Assembly (NCBI GenBank): GCA_963727525.1
Contig: CAVSGO010000007.1
Coordinates: 1 to 64,000 of the forward strand
DNA length: 64,000 nucleotides
Direction: 5' to 3'
Origin: an uncultured bacterium
Lineage (GTDB): Bacteria > Krumholzibacteriota > Krumholzibacteriia > LZORAL124-64-63
The position numbers and the translations under genes were made by a program. The notes below the pieces were generated by a model that saw only the letters and a list, made by a program, of their open reading frames with translations, did no database searches and had not been told where the DNA came from. Below, piece by piece: positions 1 to 9,927 of the stretch (position 1 is its first letter; each line of letters opens with the position of its first letter).

Positions 1-849
1 GACTTCAACCTGCTGTACCGCTGGTTCGTCGGGCTGTCGATGGACGACCAGGTGTGGAACCACTCGACGTTCTCCAAGAACCGGGACCGGCTGCTGGCGA
101 ACGACGTGGCCGACCGCTTCTTCGAGGCGATCAAGGGCCAGGCCGCGGCCAAGAAGCTGCTGTCGCGTGACCACTTCACGGTGGACGGGACGCTGATCGA
201 GGCGAGCGCGTCGCTGAAGAGCTTCCGGCCGAAGGACGCGCCGCCACCGCTTGACGACGACGATCCGGGCACGGGCGCCACCGGCGTCGGCCGCAACGAG
301 ATGGTCGACTTCAAGGGCGAGAAGCGGAGCAACGACACGCACCAGAGCACGACGGATCCGGACGCGCGGCTGGCGCGCAAGGGCGACGGCAAGGAAGCGA
401 AGCTGTGCTACGCCGGGCATCTGATGACCGAGAACCGGAACGGGCTGATCGTGGACGCGGAGCTGACGCAGGCGACGGGAACGGCCGAGCGCGAGGCTGC
501 GCTGGAGATGATCGCGCGGCTGCCGGGCACGGACCAGAAGACGGTGGCTGCGGACAAGGGCTACGACACGAAGCGGTTTGTGGAGGCCGCACGCGCCCAC
601 GGCGTGACGCCGCATGTGGCTCGCAAGAACCAGCACTCGGCGCTGGACGGCCGAACGACGCGGCACGCGGGCTACGCCCGGAGCCAGCGGAGACGGAAGC
701 TGGTCGAGGAACGGTTCGGCTGGCTGAAGGACATCGGCGGGCTGCGGAAGCTGAGGCACAGTGGCCTGGCGAGGGTCGAGTGGGTCTTCAAGTTCGCCGC
801 GGCGGCGTGCAACGTGGTGATGATGCGGAAGCTGCTGGCGGCGACGTGA
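1..849 (+). CDS. IS5-family DDE transposase (5' end outside window)
   Basis: Open frame from base 1: DFNLLYRWFVGLSMDDQVWNHSTFSKNRDRLL, VDGTLIEA, ADKGYD, RRKLVEERFGW motifs. Confidence 0.9.
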   Translation, partial: DFNLLYRWFVGLSMDDQVWNHSTFSKNRDRLLANDVADRFFEAIKGQAAAKKLLSRDHFTVDGTLIEASASLKSFRPKDAPPPLDDDDPGTGATGVGRNEMVDFKGEKRSNDTHQSTTDPDARLARKGDGKEAKLCYAGHLMTENRNGLIVDAELTQATGTAEREAALEMIARLPGTDQKTVAADKGYDTKRFVEAARAHGVTPHVARKNQHSALDGRTTRHAGYARSQRRRKLVEERFGWLKDIGGLRKLRHSGLARVEWVFKFAAAACNVVMMRKLLAAT

Positions 850-1044
850 GCGGGGCCGCCGGGGGCTCCAGGCCCAGTCATCGGGGCAGGAACGGCCTGA
901 TCCGGGGTGCGGGAAACTGGGTGTCGCCATAACGCGCGCTCCCTGGAACCGAAGGTGGTCAGGTAGCTGCTCAGCCGGACTGCGAAAACTGAGCCGGGCA
1001 GGCGAGGGCAGGGGCCTGTCGGGGCACGTTGTTCAACAGCCTGC
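1..1044 (+). mobile_element. IS5-family element, right part; ends ...TTCAACAGCCTGC and abuts ISCR copy A
   Basis: Terminal sequence typical of this IS5 group at about 1029-1044, followed directly by internal ISCR transposase sequence. Confidence 0.7.
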
Positions 1045-1925
1045 GACTGGGACCGCCAGGGACTCGAACGACTGGTGCGCTACTGTGTGCGCCCGGCGCT
1101 GGCCGCCGGCCGTCTCGGTCGCCTCAACGCCGACACGCTGGTGTACCGCCTGCGCCGATCGCGATCGGATGGGCGCACGGAGATCCTGCTGAGCCCGCTG
1201 GAGTTTCTCGAGCGTGTGGTCGACCTGCTCGCCCCACCCCGCAAACATCGTCACCGGTACTGCGGCGTGCTGGCCCCAGGCGCGAAGCTGCACCGCGCGG
1301 TGACCGCGACGGCCGGTCCCGCCGGCACGGTGCTGCAGGCCCTCGACCGCGCGCGGGCGGCGATGGGGCTGACCGAGGTGACCGCACCGCGGCCGAAGGC
1401 GTCGCGCAGCTGGGCGCTGTTGTTGGCGCGCATCTACGATGCGCGGGCCTTGCAATGCCCCCGCTGCGGCGGTCCCATGACAATCATCGCGTTCATCCTG
1501 GACCCGGCGGTGATCAAGCGGATCCTCGACCACGTCGGGGTGGAGAGCGTGCCGCCGGCCGTGTTACCGGCGCGCTCACCACCGCAGGGGGAGCTGGAGT
1601 TCGCACAGGGGCCCGACGCGGTGGCGTGGGATGAGGTGGACCAAACGGCGGGCGTGTCGGACGCGGATTGAGATCCCCACAGAGTGAGGCGCCTGATGTG
1701 AAGGCCAGCGAGTCGGCCGAACGGAGAGGTCTGCGTCACGGCCGCGAAACCGGGCGCTCGAGGGCCGACACCCGCGACACGAGGCGGGCGCCGAGGCAAG
1801 ATCGCGGGGTTCACGGGCAAGTCGAGAGCGATCGATTGGCGAACATGTGGTACCATCGAAGGTATCGCGTCGGCGGAAGGGGGGAGCCGCGCTTCGCAAA
1901 GGTGGTCTGGAATGCCTATACTCCC
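1045..1925 (+). mobile_element. ISCR/IS91-like copy A: 3' half of transposase (to 1671) plus oriIS-like end (subtype 1, GGAATGCCTATACTCCC)
   Basis: ERLVRYCARP, CPRCGGPM, PARSPP motifs; CCTATA end resembles IS91/ISCR oriIS. Confidence 0.85.
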
Positions 1926-2266
1926 TGACGTGATGCATGACCAAGGTGGGCAGTTTCAAAAGCCGCTGGGCTGGTGACGGGATCTTCTGCATTTGAACGC
2001 CCGCCAGCACCAGTCGCTCGGATGTTCAAACTTTTCCTGGAATCTTTTGATAAAATATAAACACATCATAATATCTCATTGCACCACAATATTTTAGCAA
2101 TGTTTTTGGTTTGCGGATTTCTTTTTCCGCGGTAGCCTCCAGCCGGGATTTTCTGGGGCCCCAATACTCACGCCCAAAAAAAATGGAAAGGAGGATGTGC
2201 CGCCATCCGCCTATCACGAGCATGCCACAGTACAAAAGACCCATAGGCTTTCCGGAGGGAACGGCA

Positions 2267-4990
2267 ATGAAACAATTCGTGTTGATTGCGCTCGTCCTTA
2301 TGATCAGTCTACCAGCGTTGGCAGACAACGACTGGTGCCTTACTCCAACACCGCAAGTCGACTCACTCGCGGTCAGAAGCGTCGACTATCCGTACCCCCA
2401 CGAGATGAGCACAGCCGTCATTCGGTTCTACGCACACCGGCTTTTCCGTACGGACGGCAGCGGGGGCATCACAGAGGCGCAACTCGACGAACAACTCGAA
2501 TGGCTCTACGACGGCTTTGCGCAGTACAACATTCACTTCGTCGAGGCCGCGCGAGACACCTTCCACATCTCCTTCTATGACTCGGCGCTTGTCTTCGTGG
2601 GCGGCGGCATCTTCGATTTCATGGATAACCACAACCACACCGACGGTATTGATATCTTCGTCACCGAAGGGATCCACAACGTAAATTTAGGCGGTGCTCG
2701 AGAGGTCCCTGCGACGTCGCTGTTCCTTTCCGGGAACAGGATGTTCAATGAGGTAATTGTCCACGAAGTCGGCCACTGCCTTGACCTGTATCACACCTTT
2801 GAGACGCAGTTCGGCGTCGAGAACCCCGACGAATCAAACTGCGATGTAGCAGGCGATTTGATTTGCGATACTGCGGCCTGTCCTACAGGTGGCATCTACG
2901 AACCGTTGACAGATCCGGATACCTGCACGCTGACGTCACTGTTCCATCTGGTCTACCCAGACTACGACCCCGACCCGCACAACTACATGGTCTACGCGCC
3001 CATCCATTGCTTTGACAACTTCACCGACGAGCAACTGGCTCGGGTGTTCGCCAGCCTTGAGAATATACCTATTCTCCAGGCGGTGCTCGTTGATTCGGCT
3101 GTTCGCTTCGCCAACTACTCCGGCGACACCGGCCTCGATTACACCGGGGTACCGCGCAGTAGCGTGGGCTTCGACTACAACTACGATCCGCAGGCGCAGC
3201 GCAATCTCGAGGACCTGATGATAACGATCGCCGACAGCGCCGTGTATTCGGCGCTGTATGAAGCAACGGGCCTAAGCGAGAACAACATCCCAGAATTTGA
3301 TCGTGTTACAACCGAAGCGTTTGCGGTTAACAGACCATTAGTTGGTTTGGGAGGGGTATCGGTTGCCGATATGGACAATGACGGTGACCTCGACCTCTTC
3401 TGTGCATCGGGCACTTCGGAAACGCCCCACCTGTACGGCAACGATGGGGATGCTAGTTTTACCGACGTCACCGAGACGCTCGGCCTCGATGAAGCGGCAA
3501 CCAATAGCTGGGCTGGCGCCTGGGCCGACTACGACCGGGACGGATGGGTCGACCTCATGCTAATCCGCGGCGGCGAGCCGGAGGTAGACCCCGACGAAAT
3601 CGGAGCCGAGGAAAGTCTGCTCATGAGGAACGATCTCGACCCGGTTCTCGGCTCCGGAGTCTTCGAAGACGTGACGTCAGCCGCGGGCATGACGACCAGT
3701 GGTGCTAACGCTGCAGCCGCCCTAGCGGGTTGCTGGGGTGACATCAATGGCGATGGCCGCGCTGATCTCTACATCGCCGATTCGTGGCAGACGGTGGGGG
3801 CTCATGGGCGCCTCTTTGTGCAGCAAACCGACGGCACGTTCCTTGAGCAGTCGTCAAGCCGTCTACCAACCGGATCTCTTCTGTTCCAGACAGCGGCTAC
3901 TTTTGCAGACATGGACAACGATGGCGACTTTGACCTCGTTGTTGGGCAAAATTCGGACGATCAGGGGGCTTGGCAGACTGGCGCCACGGTCTACTTCAAC
4001 AATGGATCGGGGTATTTCACGTCCGAGTCGCCGGTTACCGTCCCGAATTTCGGCGGTGCGACAGGCCTTAAAGTCTGGGATCACGATCTCGATATGCGTC
4101 CGGACATCTTGCTGACGACGAAAGACAGTGGGCAGTCTTCACGGTTCTTCCACAATCTTCAGACCGAGAGCGGGCTTGCACTCAACGATGAGACCCACCA
4201 TGTAGGGCTCGATGATGGCTTTTCTGCCGGCGGTCTGACGGTACTGGACTGGAACCGCGATGGGGATAAGGACGTCTATCTCGGCCGTCCCGTGAGCACA
4301 GGAAAAGTCTTTTACCGAGCTGAGGACGATCAAAGCGACGACGATCTTGGCACAGACTTCATCTGCCTACGGCTGTCCTCGCCGCAAGGCGTGAACAACC
4401 GTGCCGGGATTGGCGCCGTGGTACTGGTTGAGATTGACAACGTTCTGCAGTGCCAGGTTGTCGATGGCGGCAGTGGCCGTGGCGGCCAGGACGACCTAGC
4501 GCTCACGTTTGCGGTTCCGGGTGCGTCCGGCACCTATCCCGTGGAGATTCATTGGCCCAACGGTTGGGTTCAGACGGCCTACGTGGCCGTTGACGACGTA
4601 GGCGAAGATCCGCAGATTATCGAGGACAACACCAACCCAACGGTCGTCAACACGTCAGTTGCGTTCAGTTCTTCGTATGATCCGAATCTGCAGCAGACGT
4701 ATTGGATCTTCACGTGGGAGACCGAATATCGCAGCGACTGGTCCCTCGATAAGGTCAACGTGTTGTCTTCGTCTTGCGGCGGGGCGGTGGAGTACACCGC
4801 CGGCTCAGGTGGAGTACAGCAAACGATCGCACGGCTTTCTACCGGCAAGTACCAGCACTCGCTGACGATTCCGGTCAATTGTAGTTCCCCGTGTACAATT
4901 CCCTACACCGTCACCAGCGCGCATCGAACCGGCATTTCGAGCACGAGCAGCCAGAAGTCGTTCAGAATTCAGTTCTGCGCCCAGCAGTAA
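2267..4990 (+). CDS. Secreted M43 (pappalysin-like) metallopeptidase fused to FG-GAP repeats and an ASPIC/UnbV-like domain
   Basis: GGAGG RBS and signal peptide; HEVGHCLDLYH zinc motif, NYM Met-turn; repeated DxDNDGDxD; NRAGIGAVV...QVVDGGSG. Confidence 0.8.
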   Translation: MKQFVLIALVLMISLPALADNDWCLTPTPQVDSLAVRSVDYPYPHEMSTAVIRFYAHRLFRTDGSGGITEAQLDEQLEWLYDGFAQYNIHFVEAARDTFHISFYDSALVFVGGGIFDFMDNHNHTDGIDIFVTEGIHNVNLGGAREVPATSLFLSGNRMFNEVIVHEVGHCLDLYHTFETQFGVENPDESNCDVAGDLICDTAACPTGGIYEPLTDPDTCTLTSLFHLVYPDYDPDPHNYMVYAPIHCFDNFTDEQLARVFASLENIPILQAVLVDSAVRFANYSGDTGLDYTGVPRSSVGFDYNYDPQAQRNLEDLMITIADSAVYSALYEATGLSENNIPEFDRVTTEAFAVNRPLVGLGGVSVADMDNDGDLDLFCASGTSETPHLYGNDGDASFTDVTETLGLDEAATNSWAGAWADYDRDGWVDLMLIRGGEPEVDPDEIGAEESLLMRNDLDPVLGSGVFEDVTSAAGMTTSGANAAAALAGCWGDINGDGRADLYIADSWQTVGAHGRLFVQQTDGTFLEQSSSRLPTGSLLFQTAATFADMDNDGDFDLVVGQNSDDQGAWQTGATVYFNNGSGYFTSESPVTVPNFGGATGLKVWDHDLDMRPDILLTTKDSGQSSRFFHNLQTESGLALNDETHHVGLDDGFSAGGLTVLDWNRDGDKDVYLGRPVSTGKVFYRAEDDQSDDDLGTDFICLRLSSPQGVNNRAGIGAVVLVEIDNVLQCQVVDGGSGRGGQDDLALTFAVPGASGTYPVEIHWPNGWVQTAYVAVDDVGEDPQIIEDNTNPTVVNTSVAFSSSYDPNLQQTYWIFTWETEYRSDWSLDKVNVLSSSCGGAVEYTAGSGGVQQTIARLSTGKYQHSLTIPVNCSSPCTIPYTVTSAHRTGISSTSSQKSFRIQFCAQQ

Positions 4991-4997
4991 AGGAGGG

Positions 4998-5870
4998 ATG
5001 GTTATGAGAAACACAAAACTGCTCGTCATCTGCGTCGCGCTTTTTGCACTAGTCGGTCAAGCGACGGCCGATCCAATCGCCATCAGTGGTGTGGTGGGCA
5101 TGAACCCGGTACCAGAAGGCGCCTACGCGGCCGTGTGGGTCCCGGTGCCGGCGGGCCAGGCTTTAGCCGGGCTGCGCTGGTATAACAACGACGTTCTCGC
5201 TGTCTTTCCTCAGGTACTCGTTGCCAGCGGTACGCCGGACGCGGTAGCAAGTCTTGCAAACGGGACCGTCGTCGCCACAAACGTAGAAGGCGACTCCTCT
5301 GAGTGGAGTCAAGTGACATTTGGTGGACCGTGCTTGGGCGAGGGTGAAGGACTTTACTGTCTGTTCGTCTTGCCGGATGGCGGCGGTTACGAATCCCCGG
5401 GTTACGGCGGTGGTGCCGCCTTTGGTTATGCGACAGAGGGCCCGAGTCAACCAAGCTGGCTGTGCGTCGAAGGGGAGACATGGACGAAACTCGACGGTGG
5501 CACCGGATTTGCCGTAGAACCGGTGTATGTGCCGGCACAGCCGGGCATGGTGCAACTATCGAGACCCGCGGGAACGGCGATAGAAATCGTCAGAAATCCC
5601 AGCTTTGGCCCGGCACATCCGAACCCTTTCAACCCGCAAACTGTGCTAGAATATTCGCTACCAGAGGCCCAGAGCATAGACTTGAGCATCTTCGATCTGA
5701 GCGGTCGTCTGGTGCGGCATCTGGACCAGGGTCAGCGCGCGGCGGGAGACCACAGCGTGGTGTGGCAAGGCAACGATGACCAAGGGCGGCGCCTTGCTAG
5801 CGGAACCTACCTAGCGCGGTTCACGGCTGGACGAATCTGTCAGACCCAGCGCCTAGTGCTGGTGAAGTAG
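4998..5870 (+). CDS. Secreted 'WYNND' protein with C-terminal FlgD-Ig/T9SS-CTD-like domain
   Basis: Signal peptide; PNPFNP...WQGNDDQGRRLASGTY...LVLVK; paralogs at 8937 and 26856. Confidence 0.8.
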   Translation: MVMRNTKLLVICVALFALVGQATADPIAISGVVGMNPVPEGAYAAVWVPVPAGQALAGLRWYNNDVLAVFPQVLVASGTPDAVASLANGTVVATNVEGDSSEWSQVTFGGPCLGEGEGLYCLFVLPDGGGYESPGYGGGAAFGYATEGPSQPSWLCVEGETWTKLDGGTGFAVEPVYVPAQPGMVQLSRPAGTAIEIVRNPSFGPAHPNPFNPQTVLEYSLPEAQSIDLSIFDLSGRLVRHLDQGQRAAGDHSVVWQGNDDQGRRLASGTYLARFTAGRICQTQRLVLVK

Positions 5871-5882
5871 GTTAACTAGAAA

Positions 5883-5913
5883 ACTGGAGCGGGGCACACC
5901 GCCCCGCTCCAGT
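5883..5913. terminator. Perfect 13-bp stem-loop between genes (terminator or mRNA-stabilising hairpin)
   Basis: ACTGGAGCGGGGC-ACACC-GCCCCGCTCCAGT; no clear U-tract on +. Confidence 0.55.
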
Positions 5914-5924
5914 CGGGGGCTATC

Positions 5925-7094
5925 ATGGCCAAGCAATGCACCATTCTCGTGATCTTAACGCTGCTGTCCTCGCCATCGCCAACTTTTGCGCGTACCTGGC
6001 ACGTAGAAAAAGATGGCAGCGGGGATTTTGCCGTGATCTACGAGGCGCTCGATGCAGCGGTAGCTGGTGACACTATCCAGATAGGCGCGGGGCGCTTTGA
6101 GGAATATCGCCGAGAAACGGACTATTTGTGGGAGGCGTACTGCTGTGCACACGTCACGACACCGAACCTAACCATTCGCGGACTTGGCGCAGAAGTATCT
6201 ATTATTGGACTAGACCACTTTGATCCGCACTTCGAACACTACGTTATTGGGATTTCGTGCAATCACAATGATCTCACGGTCGAAGATTTGACAGTGAATG
6301 GCGTTCATGAATGCATCCACTTTGAAGGCCCAAACCTTCACGCGCGAGACTGTTATTTTTCCGACTGCAACATGGGAGTCAGCACATGGAGCGAGACAAG
6401 CACTATTCTACAGAGATGTCGCATTATCGGGGCGCAAAGCCGGGGCGTTTTTGGTGCACATGCCAATGGTGTTTCGATTACAGATTGCGAGCTGTTTAAT
6501 GGAGTTCATTTTGCTGTATCCGCTGTCGGAGGCAATGGGTGGGTAGTTAGAGACACAGAAATTCACGATTATGCGGGGGGCATGCACTTCGAGAGCCTAG
6601 CCACAGGGATTGTCGAACGGTGCCATGTGCAGGTGGTAGAGGGCAATAGCCCAGCTGTGGAGTGTATGGATGGCGCGACAATGCTGTTGTTAGACAACGT
6701 ATTTGAAAGCGACCTGTGGGCGGGTTTTTTTGGCACCAATGGAACGATCACCACGGCCACAAACAATGTATTTCTCGGTGGCTCGTATACGGCGATCGAG
6801 GTGGCATATTCGCCGATGGATTTTCATGGGAATCATCTCATAAGTCGCGGCGGTCTGTCCGTGGCTGCTCTTTGGTTGCGGGGTGGCCTGGAGCAGCCAT
6901 ATGACTTGGATCTAACAGGTAACTATTGGGGCACAGATGATCCGGCGCAAATCGAGACCTGGATCGACGACTATAACGATCATTCCCCGATGGACAACCT
7001 ACACTTCGTTATCGTCCGCTATGCCCCCTTCGCCGACCAGCCAGTCGAGACGGAAGCTACTACATGGGGGGCAGTCAAAAGTCTGTTCCGATAA
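5925..7094 (+). CDS. Secreted right-handed beta-helix protein with TWGAVKSLFR tail
   Basis: RTWHVEKDGSGDF...AGDTI start, beta-helix-like repeats, NYWG motif. Confidence 0.75.
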   Translation: MAKQCTILVILTLLSSPSPTFARTWHVEKDGSGDFAVIYEALDAAVAGDTIQIGAGRFEEYRRETDYLWEAYCCAHVTTPNLTIRGLGAEVSIIGLDHFDPHFEHYVIGISCNHNDLTVEDLTVNGVHECIHFEGPNLHARDCYFSDCNMGVSTWSETSTILQRCRIIGAQSRGVFGAHANGVSITDCELFNGVHFAVSAVGGNGWVVRDTEIHDYAGGMHFESLATGIVERCHVQVVEGNSPAVECMDGATMLLLDNVFESDLWAGFFGTNGTITTATNNVFLGGSYTAIEVAYSPMDFHGNHLISRGGLSVAALWLRGGLEQPYDLDLTGNYWGTDDPAQIETWIDDYNDHSPMDNLHFVIVRYAPFADQPVETEATTWGAVKSLFR

Positions 7095-7221
7095 ATAGCA
7101 TTGGATCAGTGACCTCTTGCGTGTCGAGCAAACGGTCTGCCCTAGTCCGCCATGATCCGGTCGTAGTTCCCTTGGACGTCATCGATGCTCTCGGTGCCAT
7201 AGAGGTCAACCGGATGACGTA

Positions 7222-7493
7222 GAGTTTCTTTCGCACATTCGTTGAGAGGTGGCCCTCGATCTGGTCTACTAGCGGTTAACCACAACCCTTGGAAGACCGG
7301 AGAAGGAGGACCACCCATGGATGAGGATAGCAAAAGGCTGGCGGATGTCATCAGCATTGACCAGGATCAGCTCAAGGGCCATGTCGGGGAGATCGTGCGC
7401 AGCACGGTGGAACAAACGCTCAATGGCCTTCTGGATGCCGAGGCCGATCGCCTTTGCAGGGCTTCACGATACGAGCGCAGTCCGGATCGGCAG
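7222..7493 (+). pseudogene. IS256-family left end and N-terminal transposase fragment (ATG 7317), cut by IS3 element
   Basis: VRSTVEQTLNGLLDAEADRLCRASRYERSPDR is IS256-like; IR-like GAGTTTCTTTCGCACATT. Confidence 0.75.
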
Positions 7494-8696
7494 CGTAAGC
7501 TTCCCCACATAGAGAACCAGCGTAAAGTAGAGCTTTCTGGCATAATGTGAGCCAGGAGGTTCTGATGAAGAAGTCTCAGTTCACGGAGGAGCAGATCATC
7601 GCGATCCTCGCGGAATCCGATTCCGGACGTGCCGTGCGCGAGGTCTGCCGCGAGCATGGGATCAGCCCTGCGACCTACTATCAGTGGAAGTCAAAGTACG
7701 GCGGCTTGGAGGCCTCGGATCTCAAGCGGATCAAGGAACTCGAGTCGGAAAACGCCGAGCTAAAGCGGATGTACGCTGAGACGAGCCTCGAACGCGACGC
7801 GCTCAAGAGGCTGCTGTCAAAAAAACTGAAAGGCCGCTAGACCGTCGAGAAGCCGTGAGGTGTCTGGTGGCCGAAGAGAAGATTTCGGTGAGACGAGCAT
7901 GCGACCTCGTAGGATTGTCGCGATCGGCGTGGTATAGCGAGCCACAGGATCGCCTGGCTCGCGATCGTGAGGTCATAGATGCGCTGCAGACGGTGGTCCA
8001 GAAGCACCGTCGCTGGGGATTCTGGAAGTGCTTCTCGCGCCTGCGCCAGCAAGGCGAGACGTGGAATCACAAACGGGTCTATCGGGTCTACAAGGAGCTC
8101 GGGCTAAACCACAAGCGGCGAACGAAGAGGAGACTGCCAAAGCGGCCCGCGGCGACGATGGACGTACCCGCGCGCCCCAACGCCGTCTGGTCACTCGATT
8201 TCGTCCACGACACCCTGTACTGCGGTCGGAGATTCAGGACGTTGAATGTCATCGACGAGGGCGTGCGGGAGGCGCTAGCGATCGAGATCGATACGTCGCT
8301 GACAGCGGCCCGAGTCGTGCGGCTGATGGGACAGCTGAAGGACTGGTACGGGCTGCCTGAGGCGATCCGGTGCGACAATGGCCCCGAATTTCTGAGCGCC
8401 GTGTTTGTTGCTTGGTGCGAGGAGAACGGCGTCGAGCTGCGATACATCCAACCCGGCAAGCCAAACCAGAATGCGTACGTCGAGCGGTTCAACCGGACCT
8501 ACCGGGAAGAGGTGCTGAGCGCATACCTGTTCGACGACCTGGACCAGGTCCGCGAGATCACCTGGGAATGGCTGCAGGAGTACAACGAGGTAAGGCCACA
8601 CGACTCGCTGGGGCAGTTGCCTCCGGCGGTCTATCGAAGGACGCTGACAGCCGGAAACTCTACTTTCAATCGGTCCGCTTGACGGGGAAGCTTACG
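7494..8696 (+). mobile_element. IS3-family element (IS407-like): orfA 7565-7840, orfB to 8682, A7 frameshift site at 7819-7825
   Basis: Inverted ends CGTAAGCTTCCCC / GGGGAAGCTTACG; MKKSQFTEEQII, WSLDF, CDNGPEF, QNAYVERFN; no target duplication. Confidence 0.93.
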
Positions 8697-8915
8697 CTAT
8701 TACCGGGCGGTATGTTGCCGAATCCCTACGTTGTAACGGGTACAACCACTTTAACAAGTCTAGGTAGCGGTCAATTTCGCCACACATGGACTCTACATAA
8801 CGTCGTATGTTCGGCGCCACGCAAGGTTAATTGCAAGATCGAGTCGTGGCTTGGCAACTACCAGGCGACAGGCGAAGTTAACTACAAGGCGAGTTTTTGC
8901 CTGCAAGGATCATAG
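8697..8915 (+). pseudogene. C-terminal remnant of a paralog of the 2267-4990 protein
   Basis: LGSGQFRHTWTLHNVVCSAP...ASFCLQGS aligns by eye with LSTGKYQHSLTIPVNCSSP...IQFCAQQ; same position upstream of a WYNND gene. Confidence 0.6.
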
Positions 8916-8936
8916 CGCGAGACTGGAGGGAATATC

Positions 8937-9854
8937 ATGTGGAGATTCTGCTGTTTCATAGGGGTCGTGTTGGTCTTTCAGGCATCTTTTTCGCCGACCT
9001 GCAAGGCCGTGGGTAATGTCTATCCCGAAGTGCAAGGCGTATTCGGTGTTGCTCCGGTTCCGGAGAACACGGCGTTTGCGATTTGGGTGCCTATTGAATC
9101 GGGAGCCGCGATTTCTGGTATCAGTTGGTACAACAATGATAGCGAAGTCGTCTTCCCCAAATTCTTGGCGATGGCAGGCGACTATGGCGGCCCTGGGGCG
9201 CTGGCGCTAGCGACTGTCGTTGGTACAAATGTATCCGGCGTTTCTTCGGGGTGGAGCACGTGCGAGTTCTCACAACCCGTCACATCAGAGAATTCTGGGA
9301 TCTATGTGATTATCGAGCTTCCGGACAGCTCGGAATTTCATTACGCGGGAACCGGCGGCGGCGCCGGGATTGGATACATTGACGGCGGAGACATCAATAT
9401 TGGCTGGATTACGGGCGATGGAGAAAACTGGGATCCACTAGCCGCTGTTGATCAAATGGCAATCTTGCCGGTTGTGTCGCAAGATAAGTCTGCAAATGTA
9501 CTTGTTCTCTCTATTTCATCGGAACACGGCCCCAATGATGATATTCACGAAGAAGAGTCAGGTGCCGATGGTGTTGAAGTACGGCATCAGTTGTCGGCTG
9601 TTCCGAACCCTTTTAATCCATCGACGGAGGTTTGGTTCAATACCTCTAATAGTGGCCAAGTTGAAGTTTCCGTATTTGACGTTAGAGGTAGATTTATTCG
9701 GCGTTTGACAAATAGCTATTTATCGGCCGGAAGTCATCATGTGCGGTGGGATGGGCGCGACAGCGCGGGCGCTGCCGTCGCGAGCGGCGTCTACTTCGTG
9801 TGCGTCCGCGCGACGAACTACTTCAGAAATATTCGCGTCACTCTCGTTCAGTAG
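8937..9854 (+). CDS. Secreted 'WYNND' protein with FlgD-Ig CTD (paralog 2)
   Basis: GGAGG RBS, signal peptide, WYNND, PNPFNP, WDGRDSAG...ASGVY. Confidence 0.8.
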   Translation: MWRFCCFIGVVLVFQASFSPTCKAVGNVYPEVQGVFGVAPVPENTAFAIWVPIESGAAISGISWYNNDSEVVFPKFLAMAGDYGGPGALALATVVGTNVSGVSSGWSTCEFSQPVTSENSGIYVIIELPDSSEFHYAGTGGGAGIGYIDGGDINIGWITGDGENWDPLAAVDQMAILPVVSQDKSANVLVLSISSEHGPNDDIHEEESGADGVEVRHQLSAVPNPFNPSTEVWFNTSNSGQVEVSVFDVRGRFIRRLTNSYLSAGSHHVRWDGRDSAGAAVASGVYFVCVRATNYFRNIRVTLVQ

Positions 9855-9927
9855 CGAACATGTTTGGCGTAATTCGGGACGCAAAAGAAGCGGTCACATA
9901 CCATGTTTAGGATTCGGGAGGGGCGGC

